DNA of 64,000 nucleotides from Eledone cirrhosa (Eukaryota), in NCBI GenBank assembly GCA_964016885.1, contig OZ024756.1, positions 1,674,001-1,738,000 of the forward strand. The letters are read 5' to 3'. Positions 61,401 through 64,000 of this stretch are shown piece by piece. Position numbers and translations under genes: made by a program. Below the pieces are notes generated by a model. It saw only the letters and a program-made list of their open reading frames with translations, ran no database searches and was not told the origin of the DNA. Numbering within the stretch: position 1 is the stretch's first letter; each line of letters opens with the position of its first letter.

Positions 61401-64000
61401 GTGATCTCGTCCTTTGTCTTGCTGTCTTCAGTACATCTATGAAGTGTGCAGTGTCAGTGATCTGGTCCTCTGTCATGCTGGCTTCAGTTCATCTATGAAG
61501 TGTGCAGTGTCAGTGATCTGGTCCTCTATCTTGCTGTCTTCAGTTCATCTATGAAGTATGCAGTGTCAGTGATCTGGTCCTCTGTCTTGCTGTCTTCAGT
61601 ACATCTGTGAACTTTGTAGTGTCAGTGAACAGATCGTCTGTCTTGCTGTCTTCAGTACATCTATATAGTGTGCAGTGTCAGTGATCTGGTCCTCTGTCTT
61701 GCTGTCTTCAGTACATCTATGAAGTGTGCAGTGTCAGTTATCTGGTCCTCTGTCTTGCTGTCTTCAGTTCATCTGTGAAGTGTGCAGTGTCAGTGATCTG
61801 GCCCTCTGTCTTGCTGTCTTCAGTACATCTATGAAGTGTGCAGTGTCAGTGATCTGGTCCTCTGTCTTGCTGTCTTCAGTTCATCTATGAAGTGTGCAGT
61901 GTCAGTGATCTGGTCCTCGGTCTTGCTGTTTTCAGTACATCTATGAAGTGTGCAGTGTCAGTGATCTGGTCCTCTGTCTTGCTGTCTTCAGTACATCTAT
62001 GAATTGTGCAGTGTCAGGGATCTGGCCCTCTGTCTTGCTGTCTTCAGTTCATCTATGAAGTGTGCAGTGTCAGTGATCTGGTCCTCTGTCTTGCTGTCTT
62101 CAGTACATCTATGAAGTGTGCAGGGTCAGTGATCTGGTCCTCTGTCTTGCTGTCTTCAGTTCATCTATGAAGTGTGCAGTGTCAGTGATCTGGTCCTCTC
62201 TCTTGCTGTCTTCACTTCATCTATGAAGTGTGCAGTGTCAGTGATCTGGTCCTCTGTCTTGCTGTCTTCAGTACATCTATGAAGTGTGCATTGTCAGTGA
62301 TCTGGTCCTCTGTCTTGCTGTCTTCAGTACATCTATGAAGTGTGCAGTGTCAGTGATCTGGTCCTCTGTCTTGCTGTCTTCAGTTCATCTATGAAGTATG
62401 CAGTGTCAGTGATCTCGTCCTCTGTCTTGCTGTCTTCAGTACATCTATGAAGTGTGCAGTGTCAGTGATCTGGTCCTCTGTCTTGCTGTCTTCAGTACAT
62501 CTGTGAACTTTGTAGTGTCAGTGATCAGATCCTCTGTCTTGCTGTCTTCAGTACATCAATGTAGTGTGCAGTGTCAGTGATCTGCTCCTCTGTCTTGCTG
62601 TCTTCAGTACATCTATGAAGTGTGCAGTGTCAGTGATATGGTCCTCTGTCTTGCTGTCTTCAGTTCATCTATGAAGTGTGCAGTGTCAGTGATCTGGTCC
62701 TCTGTCTTGCTGTCTTCAGTACATCTGTGAAGTTTGTAGTGTCAGTGATCATGTCCTCTGTCTTGCTGTCTTCAGTACATCTATGTAGTGTGCAGTGTCA
62801 GTGATCTGGTCCTCTGTCTTGCTGTCTTCAGTACATCTGTGAAGTGTGTAGTGTCAGTGATCAGGTCCTCTGTCTTGCTGTCTTAAGTACATCTATGTAG
62901 TGTGCAGTGTCAGTGATCAGGTCCTCTGTCTTGCTGTCTTCAGTACATCTATGTAGTGTGCAGTGTCAGTGATCTGGTCCTCTGTCTTGCTGTCTTCAGT
63001 ACGTCTGTGAAGTGTGTAGTGTCGGTGATCAGGTCCTCTGTCTTGCTGTCTTCAGTACATATATGAAGTGTGCAGTGTCATGATCTGGTCCTCTGTCTTG
63101 CTGTCTTCAGTACATCTATGAAGCGTGCAGTGTCAGTGATCTGGTCCTCTGTCTTGCTGTCTTCAGTTCATCTATGAAGTGTGCAGTGTCAGTGATCTGG
63201 TCCTCTGTCTTGCTGTCTTCAGTTCATCTATGAAGTGTGCAGTGTCAGTGATATGGTCCTCTGTCTTGCCGTCTTCAGTACATCTATGAAGTGTGCAGTG
63301 TCAGTGAACTGGTCCTCTGTCTTGCTGTCTTAAGTTCATCTATGAAGTGTGCAGTGTCAGTGATCTCGTCCTCTGTCTTGCTGTCTTAAGTACATGTATG
63401 AAGTGTGCAGTGTCAGTGAACTGGTCCTCTGTCTTGCTGTCTTCAGTTCATCTATGAAGTGTGCAGTGTCAGTGATCTGGTCCTCCGTCTTGCTGTTTTC
63501 AGTACATCTATGAAGTGTGCAGTGTCAGTGATCTGGTCCTCTGTCTTGCTGTCTTCAGTACATCTATGAAGTGTGCAGTGTCAGGGATCTGGTCCTCTGT
63601 CTTGCTGTCTTCAGTTCATCTATGAAGTGTGCAGTGTCAATGATCTGGTCCTCTGTCTTGCTGTCTTCAGTACATCTATGAAGCGTGCAGTGTCAGTGAT
63701 CTGGTCCTCTGTCTTGCTGTCTTCTGTTCATCTATGAAGTGTGCAGTGTCAGTGATCTGGTCCTCTGTCTTGCTGTCTTCAGTTCATCTATGAAGTGTGC
63801 AGTGTCAGTGATATGGTCCTCTGTCTTGCTGTCTTCAGTACATCTATGAAGTGTGCAGTGTCAGTGATATGGTCCTCTGTCTTGCTGTCTTCAGTACATC
63901 TATGAAGTGTGCAGTGTCAGTGATCTGGTCCTCTGTCTTGCTGTCTTCAGTTCATCTATGAAGTGTGCAGTGTCAGTGATCTCGTCCTCTGTCTTGCTGT
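43450..64000. repeat. Multi-kb block present in three copies (offsets 6439 and 9240 bp)
   Basis: The 1-bp deletion GTCA^TGATC occurs at 47401/53840/63080 and CATGCTGGCTTC at about 45801/52240/61480. AGTGTCAGTCATC occurs at 44091/50530. 6439 = 115x56 - 1 and 9240 = 165x56. Confidence 0.88.

Larger units (their letters stand above)
1..64000. repeat. 56-bp tandem satellite DNA array, about 1143 head-to-tail monomers, running off both ends of the window
   Basis: The unit TCAGTGATCTGGTCCTCTGTCTTGCTGTCTTCAGTWCATCTATGAAGTGTGCAGTG starts at 1, 57, 113 and so on. The last monomer start is 63973 = 1 + 1142x56 + 20, and the 20 equals the net length of the 12 indels seen. Most monomers differ from consensus by 0-4 substitutions. 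No non-repeat sequence or orientation switch was seen. Confidence 0.99.
19351..64000. repeat. Satellite subfamily domain B
   Basis: Diagnostic variants are G49A (AAGTATGC, first seen about 19388), A42G-linked GTGAAGTTTGTAG / GTGAACTTTGTAG / GTGAAGTGTGTAG, CAGATCC, C32A (TTAAGT), GTCGGTGATC, TACTTCT, TCACTTC and GTTATCT. A appears to predominate at position 36. Confidence 0.85.

Noticed and set aside
1-64000. CRISPR array
   Set aside because: Repeats are directly adjacent with no unique spacers, and there is no leader or cas gene.
1-64000. CENP-B box or telomeric repeat
   Set aside because: Neither motif is in the consensus on either strand. The TTAGGT variant (e.g. about 1095) is an isolated 2-base change.
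1-64000. Embedded transposon, inversion or unique island hidden in the array
   Set aside because: I saw none on reading through, and the phase arithmetic closes exactly with the 12 small indels. That leaves no room for an insertion unless its length is a multiple of 56.
1-64000. Sequencing concatemer or synthetic artefact (rolling-circle or adapter multimer)
   Set aside because: Variants are shared hierarchically between distant blocks and indels are very rare. This fits evolutionary duplication, not random read error on one template.

Overview
The whole 64-kb window is one uninterrupted, head-to-tail satellite array with a 56-bp monomer. The + strand consensus is TCAGTGATCTGGTCCTCTGTCTTGCTGTCTTCAGT(A/T)CATCTATGAAGTGTGCAG TG (written without the space; monomer position 1 = window position 1), about 46% GC, with no CpG. 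There are 1142 complete monomers plus 28 bp. The 12 small indels I could find (net +20 bp) account exactly for the repeat phase at the end of the window. I see no genes, RNA genes, transposon insertions, inversions or CRISPR spacers, and the ORF-track entries are artefacts of translating the repeat. I cannot assign the satellite family or organism; a eukaryotic heterochromatic or centromeric origin is an inference. The information lies in the variants. There are two subfamily domains with a sharp switch near 19.35 kb, irregular higher-order cassettes, and nested multi-kb block duplications (67-, 52-, 115- and 165-monomer offsets). Each monomer also has an internal quasi-palindrome whose mismatched positions carry recurrent palindrome-perfecting variants. 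I found no support for a new gene-encoded system. All counts were made by eye and should be confirmed computationally.
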